NCBI RefSeq assembly: GCF_031769215.1
Contig: NW_026781981.1
Location: 124,001 to 188,000, forward strand
Source of the DNA: Ylistrum balloti
Lineage: Eukaryota
DNA length: 64,000 bases
Direction of reading: 5' to 3'
The position numbers and the translations under genes were made by a program. The first letter of the stretch is position 1. Each line of letters begins with the position of its first letter. Below, in pieces: positions 50,510 to 61,000 of this stretch. The notes below the pieces were generated by a model. It saw nothing but the letters and a program-made list of their open reading frames with translations. It was not told the origin of the DNA and made no database searches.

Positions 50510-51330
50510 TGAAGAGTGAGTAACTGTAATTTATCTGGAATGGTCTACTGCAAGTATCAAACGCTGGGTAAAGGAATTCCAGCGTGGCTGAAGGTAACCT
50601 CCAGTAAGACAGCCATCAATTGCACCCAATATATTAATTGACACTATACAAAAACCAGTGATGGAGAACTTTTTAAGTATTACATTTTTTATGAGTAAGT
50701 TAAAGCTGCACTTTCAATGACAAACCGCATGTCCAATGTATGTGAAAGATTTGTATCGAGAATACTTTCGGATGACATAGTATAATTCGGTAAAACACCA
50801 ATTAACTTTATTTTTATTTTTAGTTTACAACACGTGAGGAAACTTGGTTTTATCATAACGCTCCAGTGAATGGAAAGCCCCATGGAACAAAGCATTTCAA
50901 AGTCGCAAGGTCCACCAAGAGGGTCAGGGACCATTTTTATGCTCTCCGAAAATTTTTCGAGGGAGTATGGTCACCATCTTATTTAGGACAGTAAAAGACT
51001 GATTCCCATCGACTGCTTGCCCCATGGAACCACAATTGATGGGGGTATTGTGCAAACCCACCGAAGCAGGAGCGTCAATAATTCAAGAAGAAACGACGAC
51101 TCTGGAAATTCCGCCGAGATGTTCTGCTTCACCAGACATGGCGCGCCAGTCCGCATCAGCCGAGTAGTGATGGAAACTGTACGTAAGTGTGTGGCTGTGA
51201 TGTACTCCCTCAGCCACCCTGTTCTCTAGACCTCGCCTCCAGCGATTTCCACCTCTTTACCAGAGGCCAGGGGCCAGAGATTTGAGGATGATGGTGAGCT
51301 GTGTGCCGCTTGTTCTTTCTGTATGAGACT
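50510..51330 (+). mobile_element. Decayed Tc1/mariner (mariner-like) transposase pseudogene
   Basis: Frameshifted pieces in the correct order: KRWVKEFQRG (HTH, 50559), EETWFYH (~50835), KHFKVARSTKRV, IDCLPHGTTIDG, KKKRR...RDVLLHQ, VLPQPPCSLDLASSDFHLF (51202-51258; mariner HPPYSPDLAPSDFHLF), GQRFEDDGEL. Many stops; no convincing TIRs. Confidence 0.85.
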
Positions 51331-51595
51331 CAAAACTATTTCACGTGTCCTTGTATCCTGGTTTCCGAGAACAACATTCCCAAAAATATTACACCCACGT
51401 CTACGGTGTATTGTAATAAGTAGTAATATAATGTACACAGATGAAGGATATCATTCTACCTATAGCTATGTTGTCTAACTCTGTAAAACGTGAAATGATT
51501 TTAATAATTTTGGCTATGAACCAGCTCCAAAGTTATGCAACGTTTTCACACAGACTTTATTTACATGTGTAAGTCGTGATGCAAATTTCAAAAAA

Positions 51596-51626
<31 letters not shown>

Positions 51627-51843
51627 AATAAACGAAATATGAGAGTAATTTCTCGAATAATATCGTTTACAGTGGCGATCGTGTGTTGAAAATGTACTCA
51701 TTTCAGTTGCAATATTTGAAAAAAAAATCGATACATGTATCTGCAATAAGTTACACTGATTTCCGCATAATTAAATGTTTAATTGTTCTTGTAATTATAA
51801 CATGGCAATTTTAATTAAAATTCAACAACCGAAACATTTAAAA

Positions 51844-51967
51844 CTTCGGAAATGTGAGCATTATTCATTACTTATGATGGATGGTTAGGAGTGACAGCTA
51901 ATAAGCCGGAAAACTGTCACTCTTAACCATCCATCACTATAAATGAATAAAAATCACATTTCCGAAG
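51844..51967. repeat. 124-bp imperfect inverted repeat (MITE-like hairpin), ~56-bp arms, ~12-nt loop
   Basis: cttcggaaatgtga...gatggatggttaggagtgacag pairs with ctgtcactcttaaccatccatc...tcacatttccgaag. Confidence 0.8.
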
Positions 51968-51999
51968 CAACATCTCACAAACACCTTGGCGTATTTCTT

Positions 52000-53215
52000 T
52001 CTAATAATGGGAGTTAGAATATTCACATTAACTATTTACAAAGGTTTCGCCAAAATTAAATATTTTTTCCGGAAATTTAAGTTTAGTGTAGACCGCTCTT
52101 GCCCTCAAACCTTATATTTCTCTCTAATTCGGTCATTATTAGAATACGGAAACATTATCTGGGACAATCTCACCCAAGCACAATTCGATCTTCTGGAAAA
52201 TATTCAGTTAGAATTTGCACGCATTGTCACTGATGCAACAAGACTAACAAGTAGATCCAAACTCTATGCGGAAACTGGCTGGCTTCCACTTAATCCAATT
52301 TCACAAAATGGTTCATGGACTTATACACCCCAATACCTCCAAGATCTGCTTCCTGCATGTAACAATTTGACACACAGTCATAAAACTCGCACAGTCAATA
52401 ACTTCCGCTCTATCTCCTGTCATACAAGCTTTTATAAAAAGTCTTTCTTGTCTTCTGTAAATTGTTCATGGAATATGCCGCCAAATCGTATAAAATGTGA
52501 TCCATCAATAAGAAAACTTAAAAAACATGTAAACGAGCCTAGCATTAGAGTGCCGCCTTTATTATACTGGTAGTAGATTGGGTCAGATTCTCCACGCCAG
52601 ACTACGAATGGAATGCAGTTCCCTCAAATTCTACTTGTTTAAAAAAAAGCCGCTAAGAGTCCACTATGTCTATGCAATGAAGGACACGAAACAAATTAAC
52701 ATTTTTTATTGTATTGTCGTCACTCGGACCAACTGCGCGTAGGTACGGTGAATTAACTTGCCAGATTTCAACGGACTTACTACTCTTTGGTAGCGAGGAA
52801 CTGTCTGTAGATGACAACAAAATTACACCATAAGCTCCAAGAGATTTGAATGGTGCTTTTTTACTTTTGATTTGAATTTTGTAGTATTGCAATTAGACTT
52901 TTCACATTATCGCAGCAAATGCAGTTTATGTCTGTGTGCATTGGTTTTCTGAAATCTTATTCTTTTGACATGACGGAAACTCCTCTCCCTCCTCCTCAAC
53001 CTACCCTATCCCTTTCTTTTTCAATTCTCCTCGTTCCTAATTAGCATAATAGCTGAGTCTAGACTGTTTACTCCTTGCCTCGTCAAAATTAAGGAGCTAA
53101 TATCTTAAAGCGGATTAATATAAGTGTTTGAACACTTGTTTCCGTATCAAATTAAATTGATTTGTTTTGATGGCTACTGTACACTGTTTATATAATGATT
53201 GAATTGAATAAAGTT
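52000..53215 (+). mobile_element. 5'-truncated, degenerate non-LTR retrotransposon (CR1/L2-type LINE), post-RT C-terminus plus 3' UTR
   Basis: LYFSLIRSLLEYGNIIWD...LENIQLEFARIVTDATRLTS...LYAETGW, then via frameshifts YYTGSRLGQILHARLRMECSSL and SPLCLC..ET.*HFLLYC...LLLFGS. gaataaa tail near 53205; the 3' boundary is approximate. Confidence 0.8.
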
Positions 53216-54250
53216 TTATATCAAACATTTAAAAATTGCATTATACTCAGTCTATAACAAAGAAATGAAAAAAATACTGAATGAAGGGAAATAACTCTAG
53301 TAAAGCTAAAGCTACACATGGACTATGGCAAAGAGCAGTATTTTAACGTACAGATAGTTTTCAAGAAAAACAAGTTTCGTGGTTTTCTTATTCTGGTCGT
53401 CATTATTTTTCGTAAACTTTAAAGAAATGTTTTCATTAATTTTCTTTTTATATAAAGATAAATGAAACCAGTTGAAATAATAGATCGCATGCTGCAGACT
53501 CTATCAAATAGAAATATTGTTCAGATATGAATAAGTCCAAATAAAACATACGATTCTTTTCAACGTTCTGTTTTCAAAAGTCCTTTTTCCTCACACTACT
53601 GAGTATTATGGCATTTGGGTCAATCAACTGTCAGTGGTAATTTGGTACATTCTTTGTATGAAATATCTAAGGCTGCATTCGCGTCATCCGGTTGAAACGG
53701 TTCAAGTGGTCTGGAATTATTCCACTATACGCGAACGCACGTGTACCGGATGCTGGATCTGAACAGTTTCGGAATATCCTGTCAAGCATAAATCAATTAA
53801 CTAAAATTAAGAAACCATCCATTTCACTCATACTCTCAACCACAATGCTCCCGGAAATATGAAAGTCAATCGGCTCTACTTTTTATGATGAACTTCTGAA
53901 AACTAATGATATTCGAGAAATTAGTTTCGGACGGGTACGGCTTGACCCTACAAACTGCGCGTGCCAAATATTCTGCAGCCCAGCCTCGGTCCTGATCGGT
54001 ACCTGGCATTTCTCTTGAAAGTTCAACCGTTTCAACCCCTTATATTACCTTACGACAAATCCGACAGTGATGTTTGACACAGTCATCTTACTGCGGAGTA
54101 TGTCCGTCAGTCTTATTACACGAGAGCAACTTAAACACCGGATGAAAGCTGGTCGGATGAAGATCGGAGGCTTTATTAGAATATTATTACCTCAGATCAA
54201 TTACATAAGTTGGTGTTTTAACCGTGGGACTTCGAGGTACTCAGATATCA

Positions 54251-54490
54251 GTGAGCCAGAGGTCCTGGGTTCGAATCCTAGCTGAGGTGTTTAAATAAAA
54301 CTAGCTGTTCTTTGTTACTGTATTGGCGCCCATGTAGGGATTTGGGAATATTTCTTATCGTTACTTTCACAGGCATCGCTTTAACCGCAAGGAACCCATG
54401 GACGAGTTATTAGCCGTAGGGAGAGTATGTAACCCCTAGCAGCAATAGATTAGTAAGCCAGAGGTTCCAGGTTCGAATGCTAGATGAGGT
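54251..54490 (+). mobile_element. Two copies of a tRNA-derived B-box fragment (54251-54289, 54453-54490) with a PBS-like TGGCGCCCATGTAGGG (54324-54339) between them; possible SINE/LTR remnant
   Basis: gtgagccagaggtcctgggttcgaatcctagctgagg vs gtaagccagaggttccaggttcgaatgctagatgagg; no complete cloverleaf. Confidence 0.4.
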
Positions 54491-54643
54491 AGCGAAATAA
54501 ATATTGACATATGTGACTGATGAACATTGTTTTTCAGAAGTTTGTTGATTTATAAATACGTGATTTATATTAATATATAATTTTTAACTTACAATATAAT
54601 GAAATAAGAACGAATGAAGTGATTACATTACTGTGTGTTTAAT

Positions 54644-54681
54644 CACGGACTTATATACACATAAGTGTATATAAGTCCGTG
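54644..54681. repeat. Perfect 17-bp inverted repeat with 4-nt loop
   Basis: cacggacttatatacac-ataa-gtgtatataagtccgtg. Confidence 0.9.
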
Positions 54682-54889
54682 GTTTAATAATGTGCGAGCT
54701 ATTTTAACTGTATAAATTTTGTTTGAAATTATGCATCCTCGTTACTGCACAAACTGACGCTTCTAACCAAGAAATACGTTGTGTTACCTTTTCACAAAAT
54801 GAGACATCAATTAAATTAAACAGTTGCTATGTTTTCTAGTTATTTCATAATAAAGTATTTCGTAACAAACATGTTAAAAGGTGTGTAAC

Positions 54890-55049
54890 TTAGTGAGGCT
54901 GACGTATGTCACATGACCTAATTGCGAAATATATAGCGTGGTTATTGACCAATCCGCGCAGAGCAAACTATTAACTCCGAATCCAAATAAACACAGAATA
55001 CTGAGGAGGAAAGTGGGCTGGTCTCCAATTTTGGAGATTTCGCTTCAAA
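54890..55049 (+). promoter_or_regulatory. Probable FLOT1 core promoter/5' UTR: E-box GTCACATGAC (54908-54917), CCAAT (54949-54953), CRE-like TGACGT
   Basis: Motifs read directly, in a CpG-retaining stretch just upstream of the ATG. Function is inferred. Confidence 0.4.
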
Positions 55050-55095
55050 ATGGGGTTTGAAACATGTGGTCCGAACGAAGTGATGGTTGTTTCGG
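55050..55095 (+). CDS. FLOT1: FLOT1 coding exon 1 (46 nt, phase 1)
   Basis: aaaATGG start, TCGG|gtaagt donor; [15 protein letters not shown]. Confidence 0.95.
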
Positions 55096-58000
55096 GTAAG
55101 TACAATATATTTCTTAATTACATTTCTTTTAAAATTGGGTTGCATCTACGATCTCGGTCAAATTCTAGTTCCGAGTCGTAACATCTTAGTCCGGAAGATT
55201 GATCCTAAAAATTATCATAAATATGATAATATCTATCATATTTCCAAGCTTTCGTTTGTTCTATAATTCTGTTCGATGTTTAAGAAAGCTTAGTGTTATG
55301 ATAATGTTAGTATTGATAAAAGCTTATTACATTAAAATGCATTGGTTCTGCGGAAATATGACTACATCTCCGACCTCCGGCCGGATCGTTTGCAATTCCT
55401 GTACAAATGGCTGCAGCTGACCCCTTGGGACTGGGTAGCGTTCGCACGAAATGGGCACACATATTATCGAGTGCACAGACAAATGCACGCTCGTATCCCA
55501 CGGACAATAGTTGCGAAACGAACTTTAACATTGTAGACGATCAAAGATGAAACGGTCGCCCGCCGTGAATGAGAAACATAATCACTCATGCGTGAGATAA
55601 ATTGTTTGGGAGTTGGCTTCGGCCATGCCTAACATTCCTAGTATACATCTCTTCACATATGTGCTGAAATCTTTAAGAAAGTGGGCATTTCTGACTTTAG
55701 AAGAGATTACGTTAAGATCCTTCTGGTACATAGTGCAGATGTCGCCATATATATTTGATTAGAACTGGTGCACTTATCCTTTCAATCACTGGGCAGTTTG
55801 CTTTAAGGCTATGTGGAGTGATGTTTTTGTTTCTCAGTGGAGATCATGTTACATTGTACTACAATAAAGGCCTATATCAGAAACATTCCAGCATAAAAGC
55901 TGACAGTGAACAAATGAAGATCTACATGTAAGATTCCATTTCAGTGATAGACTCCTAGAATGATGGACGGATATCTCTGCCATGTTATGGATTAAGATTA
56001 AGCTGATGATGTTGCAATTACTGTAGATTAAGATTTTACAATATAGTGGTAGTAAATATCCAAACCTCAAATTCAATTTTTATCTATTTCGCAGTTAAGT
56101 TATGTTCCTTTTTATCTTTGTTTCCGCATAACTTTAAGTAACACAGATAACACTCACATGTTGATTTTTTCATTTCGTTGTTTGATTTAGATTTTGGAAA
56201 AAAAAATCTGATGTTTATATTGTTTTAATGATTATACAATTACTTAATAAAGGTTTAATGACCTTGGACCATGAACATATTAGGTGGTTAAGTTATTTAA
56301 GGCCATATAGATGGTTCACTGTTATAATATGACTTGTTGTTTTTCACAGGATGCTGCCATTCCAGGTCCCTGTTTATCCCTGGTGGGCGTGTCTTTGTAT
56401 GGCCTGTTATACAACACTTACAAAGGTCAGTGTCACATCCTGCACCTGCCTCTTTTGTTATTATATATATATAGAATATAGGGTATATTCTGTAATATAT
56501 TGAATTTCGGTAATTTATTGAATCACTCTTACAAATGCTCAATAGGATTCCTAAACTCATTATGAACATTTTGTAATGAAAAAGGTGGATATAAATAAGT
56601 ATATGAATCTTGCATGAAATTACCAGTAAGGATTAAATTGAGCGATGAAGATTGATATTTGTAGACTACACAGATTGCAAGCATTATTTCCTTTGAATTA
56701 TCAGATGATATGACTGATCATGACAAAATGAGTGTAAAATGACAGTGTATTTGTATAATGTTACACTACTGTATAGAATAGTAATAACAGCAGGGGTAGA
56801 AATTATGTCTAGGATAAAATGTTTTCTGATTCTAATTATAGTCAATAATTGATTTAACAGCGAGTGACATTCTGGCAAATTCCATGAAATGTGCCAGAAC
56901 AGCATCTTGCTGTTATTTTGACCTTAATATAAAACATAAAATATTTCATCAAAATAAAATTACAAACAACATTTGAGGTAATAACTTATGTTGGTTACAG
57001 AGTAAATTCAGTAACAGTGTAAACATAGATGGCCAAAAGCAGTATTGTGACATCACATTACTATGGAACCTGTTACATTATTAGAATGTTTTTCTAGTTC
57101 TGTTGTCACAGAATAGCAAATGTTAAAAAACCTGTTAGAATGTGTCAACCACTTAACTATAATTTTTAGTCATTTTTGCTTATTAACATCCTTATGTTGA
57201 ATACAAGAGTAAAAAAATGATAGAAAACAATGTTGTTTTTTAACATGAATTTACGTGTAATATGTATAAGTGCATTTTGTTTTATTGAATAATGTAAAAC
57301 CTGACATATTGTGGCAAAGATATTTGATTTATGGTGTTAATACTTTATGTAGTATAAGTTGATATAGTTTCCAAGAATTGGGTTATTAAGATCAGATAGA
57401 CTCTGTAGAATTTATTCATTACATATTTCTAGTCTTGTTATACACAATATGAGTAAACATGTAAATGGATAGGTAGATAAGAACATTTTTTTTTCAATTT
57501 TTAATAATTTTCAAATATTTTGCGATCATTTTATAGAGCTTTGCTTTGTTTTCTAAATTACTAGAAGTCATGAACATTTATCTTTAATAACAATTTTACA
57601 TTTCGAAATTCCATTTGACTTTATTATGTGAGATTTTGATAAAATGAGTCAATTATGCTTGAATACAGGATGTTTATAATTGATGTTTTTCTGTCTCCTG
57701 AAATTGCTTAGAATGGCCCTGTGTACCTTGACCCTGGCAATAGAGAGCCCCATGGTATACACCAAAGAAGGTGTGGCCATATCAGTCACTGGTATTGCAC
57801 AAGTAAGTGCAGTTAGCAGTTGTCTGCCCTTGGTTATCATCCCATTGTTAGACACTTGCTTACCTTTAGCATGAGTAGCAGCATATACAGCAGGGGTGTA
57901 AAAATCATGTCAAAATGAAATCCAGATTATATTATTAGACAGCCAGCTGGTGGCTATAGCTGGCAGATTTCATGTTTGGCCTTGTAAATATGAAGCCACT

Positions 58001-61000
58001 AGCGGTTTTGTATTATCATATAGAGTAATATTCATATTCAGCTGCCAACAAGATGACAAATCTATTTACACCTCTTCAGCTCCATAAATATTGTGTCAGT
58101 GTTTTATTTTTACAGTCTTATTTGAATTTGTTCCTTTATTTTAATTATAACTGATGTTTAGTTGTGTGGCAGTTTGATAATTTTGAACAGGTTTGGTGGT
58201 GTTTTTTTTTTTTCATTAATGAAAGAAATCTTATAATAAATCATATACCTGGAGATCAGTCCATTAGCCTTTTCAGTAAAAAACGCCACAACTCCTACTC
58301 AACATCAGCTTTTTGTTTCAGTTGCTGCATATATATCTTTTGTTTTGTGATTTCGGCAGTATTTGTTTTGATGTATATGGCTAAGTGTTGAGGGTTTATT
58401 TCAGACTGACCTTAAACACCATGGATATCCAGGTAGATAGTTCCAATGTATACACACAGCTCGGTGTAGCTATTTCTGTGACAGGAATCGCACAGGTAAG
58501 CCAGCTCTAGTTTAATTAATGAACTGCTATATTTACTCTCGAACGAGAAATCTAGAAATTTCATCAGTGCTCTCTTTTCAATTTTGCTTTCTCTTTTCTC
58601 TAGAAACTGAGATGTCCCATCTGTAATTAGATTTGAAACGGTATATGTTAGGGTATTTGAAATAAATTAGGTGAATTTAAAATAAAAAATACTTTTAAAA
58701 ATACCCCTTTTAACAACTTTAAACCACAAACATTCATCTGCTTCCTTTGAAGTTACATTAAAAAGTACACAGTAGTTATCAATAAAACGGTATTGATACA
58801 GTAATTTGAAACAAATTTGTTGTTGTGTCTGAAATGCAGTCAGTGATATCGGTATTGCTGCTGTGTCCATATTGCTGCAAATTCAGCAGTTAGATATAAT
58901 GGAGTTATATGTTATAGAAATTTGATAGATTGTGTTGGATTGGTATCCACTGAAACATTCATCTCTATGTACACCATACATAAACAAATACCAAGGGAAC
59001 AGACCGTAGCCTAGAAACCACTACTGATAGTAAACCTGTGTAACTACTATTACTGTACGTTGTCTGACCTCTATAAAAGATCCTTACTGCTTGAATTACA
59101 AATAAACTAACACATAAACTACACAGTGTATCCCTTCATTGCTATCTGAATTGGCCCCAATAATACATAGTAGGTATAGACAGCTCAATGCATGTTTTTG
59201 GTTTTTAGCATTTCTATTTTTTACGTTGGTACCATTTCAGTTGACCTTTCTTTCTAGTTCTATATTAAGACTCTAAGGCATGTTATATATAAACCCTAGT
59301 TATGGCTGCCAGCATGTATATGTGTCCATATAATCTACACTAACGATTGCAAATCTCACCAAGAAAAAATTATATAGGTCTATATTATTACAGAACTTTT
59401 ACCCAGTACTAACTAGAGTTGGAGTATTTTGTGTCCTGTAATCACATTTAGAGGCTGTGTAAGTTATGAGACATACATACTAGTTGAAAATGTGTGTGTC
59501 CTGATGTACATTTGTACACACACTCAGTACTTAGACTTACATTAATGTTTATATAACAGATTGTAAAAGGGACTGGAGATTAATCATTTACTATCTTATG
59601 CCCTAGTTGAAGTCTCTGACTGCCTCATAAAGACTTGTATAACTTCCTTTATTGACAAATAGAAAAGCTGAACTAATTTTGTATTGTTTAGGTACTAGTG
59701 TTGATATATGTATGATTATTTCATACAAAAAAAAAAAAAAAAAAGGAAGGAAGGAAGCCAAAGAGATTATTACCATGGATACAGGTTACTGTTAGACGCT
59801 TGATAAGGGGCAGGGTGATATTTGTAAAATGTACACAGAAATCAGTGTTGCTCCAGTAAATGTAGAAGTTCACATTCTGCATGTGCCAAAGGACTGCTGT
59901 CAATACAGTTATGTATATCAATGCCTGTGATGCTTTTTCTATAGAGCCTGCTTAGCTGAGAAATGCTGTCAAATGTAATATTGATCTGTTATTCAGTCAT
60001 TAGGCTGTGTACAGTTTTTGCTATGTATTGCGGTACAAACTCGTTCGATACTCAGAAAGATGAAGCCTGCAATTGTATTCATAGAAAAAGAAGCTATTTT
60101 TTCAATAATAATGATTTGAAATGTTTTTATATCATTAAATAGTAGATGTGTATATTTTAACAGTCATATGTCACTGGAAGTGAGACTTCATTATGGGTAC
60201 CTAAAGAGATACTGTAATGGTGCATCAGGGATGTGATTATCTTCTCTTAAACCAATCATTATCAGAAAGCTTACTGTATGAATCATCTGACAGTGGTTAC
60301 AACTCTTGTTACTAGTTCACTAACTACTGTATTTTGCCTTAAAGTTATGTGGTTGTAGGATCTTCTTGGTTCCTAGTTGTGAGTATTTGCCTTCAAGAAT
60401 GATTAATTAGAAAAAAACAAGAGAGCTATAATAGATGGCTTTTTCATATAAAATGACAGTTTAAGTTACAGGAAGTTATCATTGTCTCTCAGAGAGTGAT
60501 TGAAGGCTCTCTTTCCAAGTGTAATTAGACGAGGGCTACTGAATCTGGATCAGAGAAATACGAGGGCCTACAAAAGGAACTGGTCATCTTGAATTTAGAG
60601 AGTCAAAGTTTAATAATGATACATTGTATTTTATAGAAAGTAAAGGAAGAATCTTTCTCATGTTTCAGATGTAAGTCCAAATGAATATAATGGTCACCAT
60701 TTTTCCATATAAATTTTAGGACTGATTCGAAACCAAGATGGCTGTTTTGTCATTGAAAGGACCATGTTTATCAACACTGTTACCTTTACTCAGTAGTTTA
60801 CAAACGGATTGATTCCAGATTTTATATGCATGTGTTTCTTGGCCTCATCATTTGGCATACTGATGTTATGAATTGATAAAAAGTGGACGAAAGATGGTCT
60901 TCTTTAACTTTTGAGTTTGTTACCAGATAAAATTTGCTATTTCTCAGAAACTAGTTCTATTGGGATCTTAAAATTTCATATATATATGAACTGAGAGTCG

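Noticed and set aside
50280-51570. Terminal inverted repeats for the mariner relic
   Set aside because: Only a 6-7 bp match (tgcaac) between candidate ends; not convincing
54240-54295. Functional tRNA gene
   Set aside because: T-arm/B-box only; no acceptor stem, D-arm or anticodon arm can be folded
55307-55536. Short ORFs on both strands in FLOT1 intron 1
   Set aside because: Explained by a CpG/GC-richer promoter-proximal sequence; no protein motif
60650-60676. tttcag-AT-gtaagt as a 2-nt FLOT1 microexon
   Set aside because: Two nucleotides restore frame in no exon combination (with 3A, 3B, both or neither)
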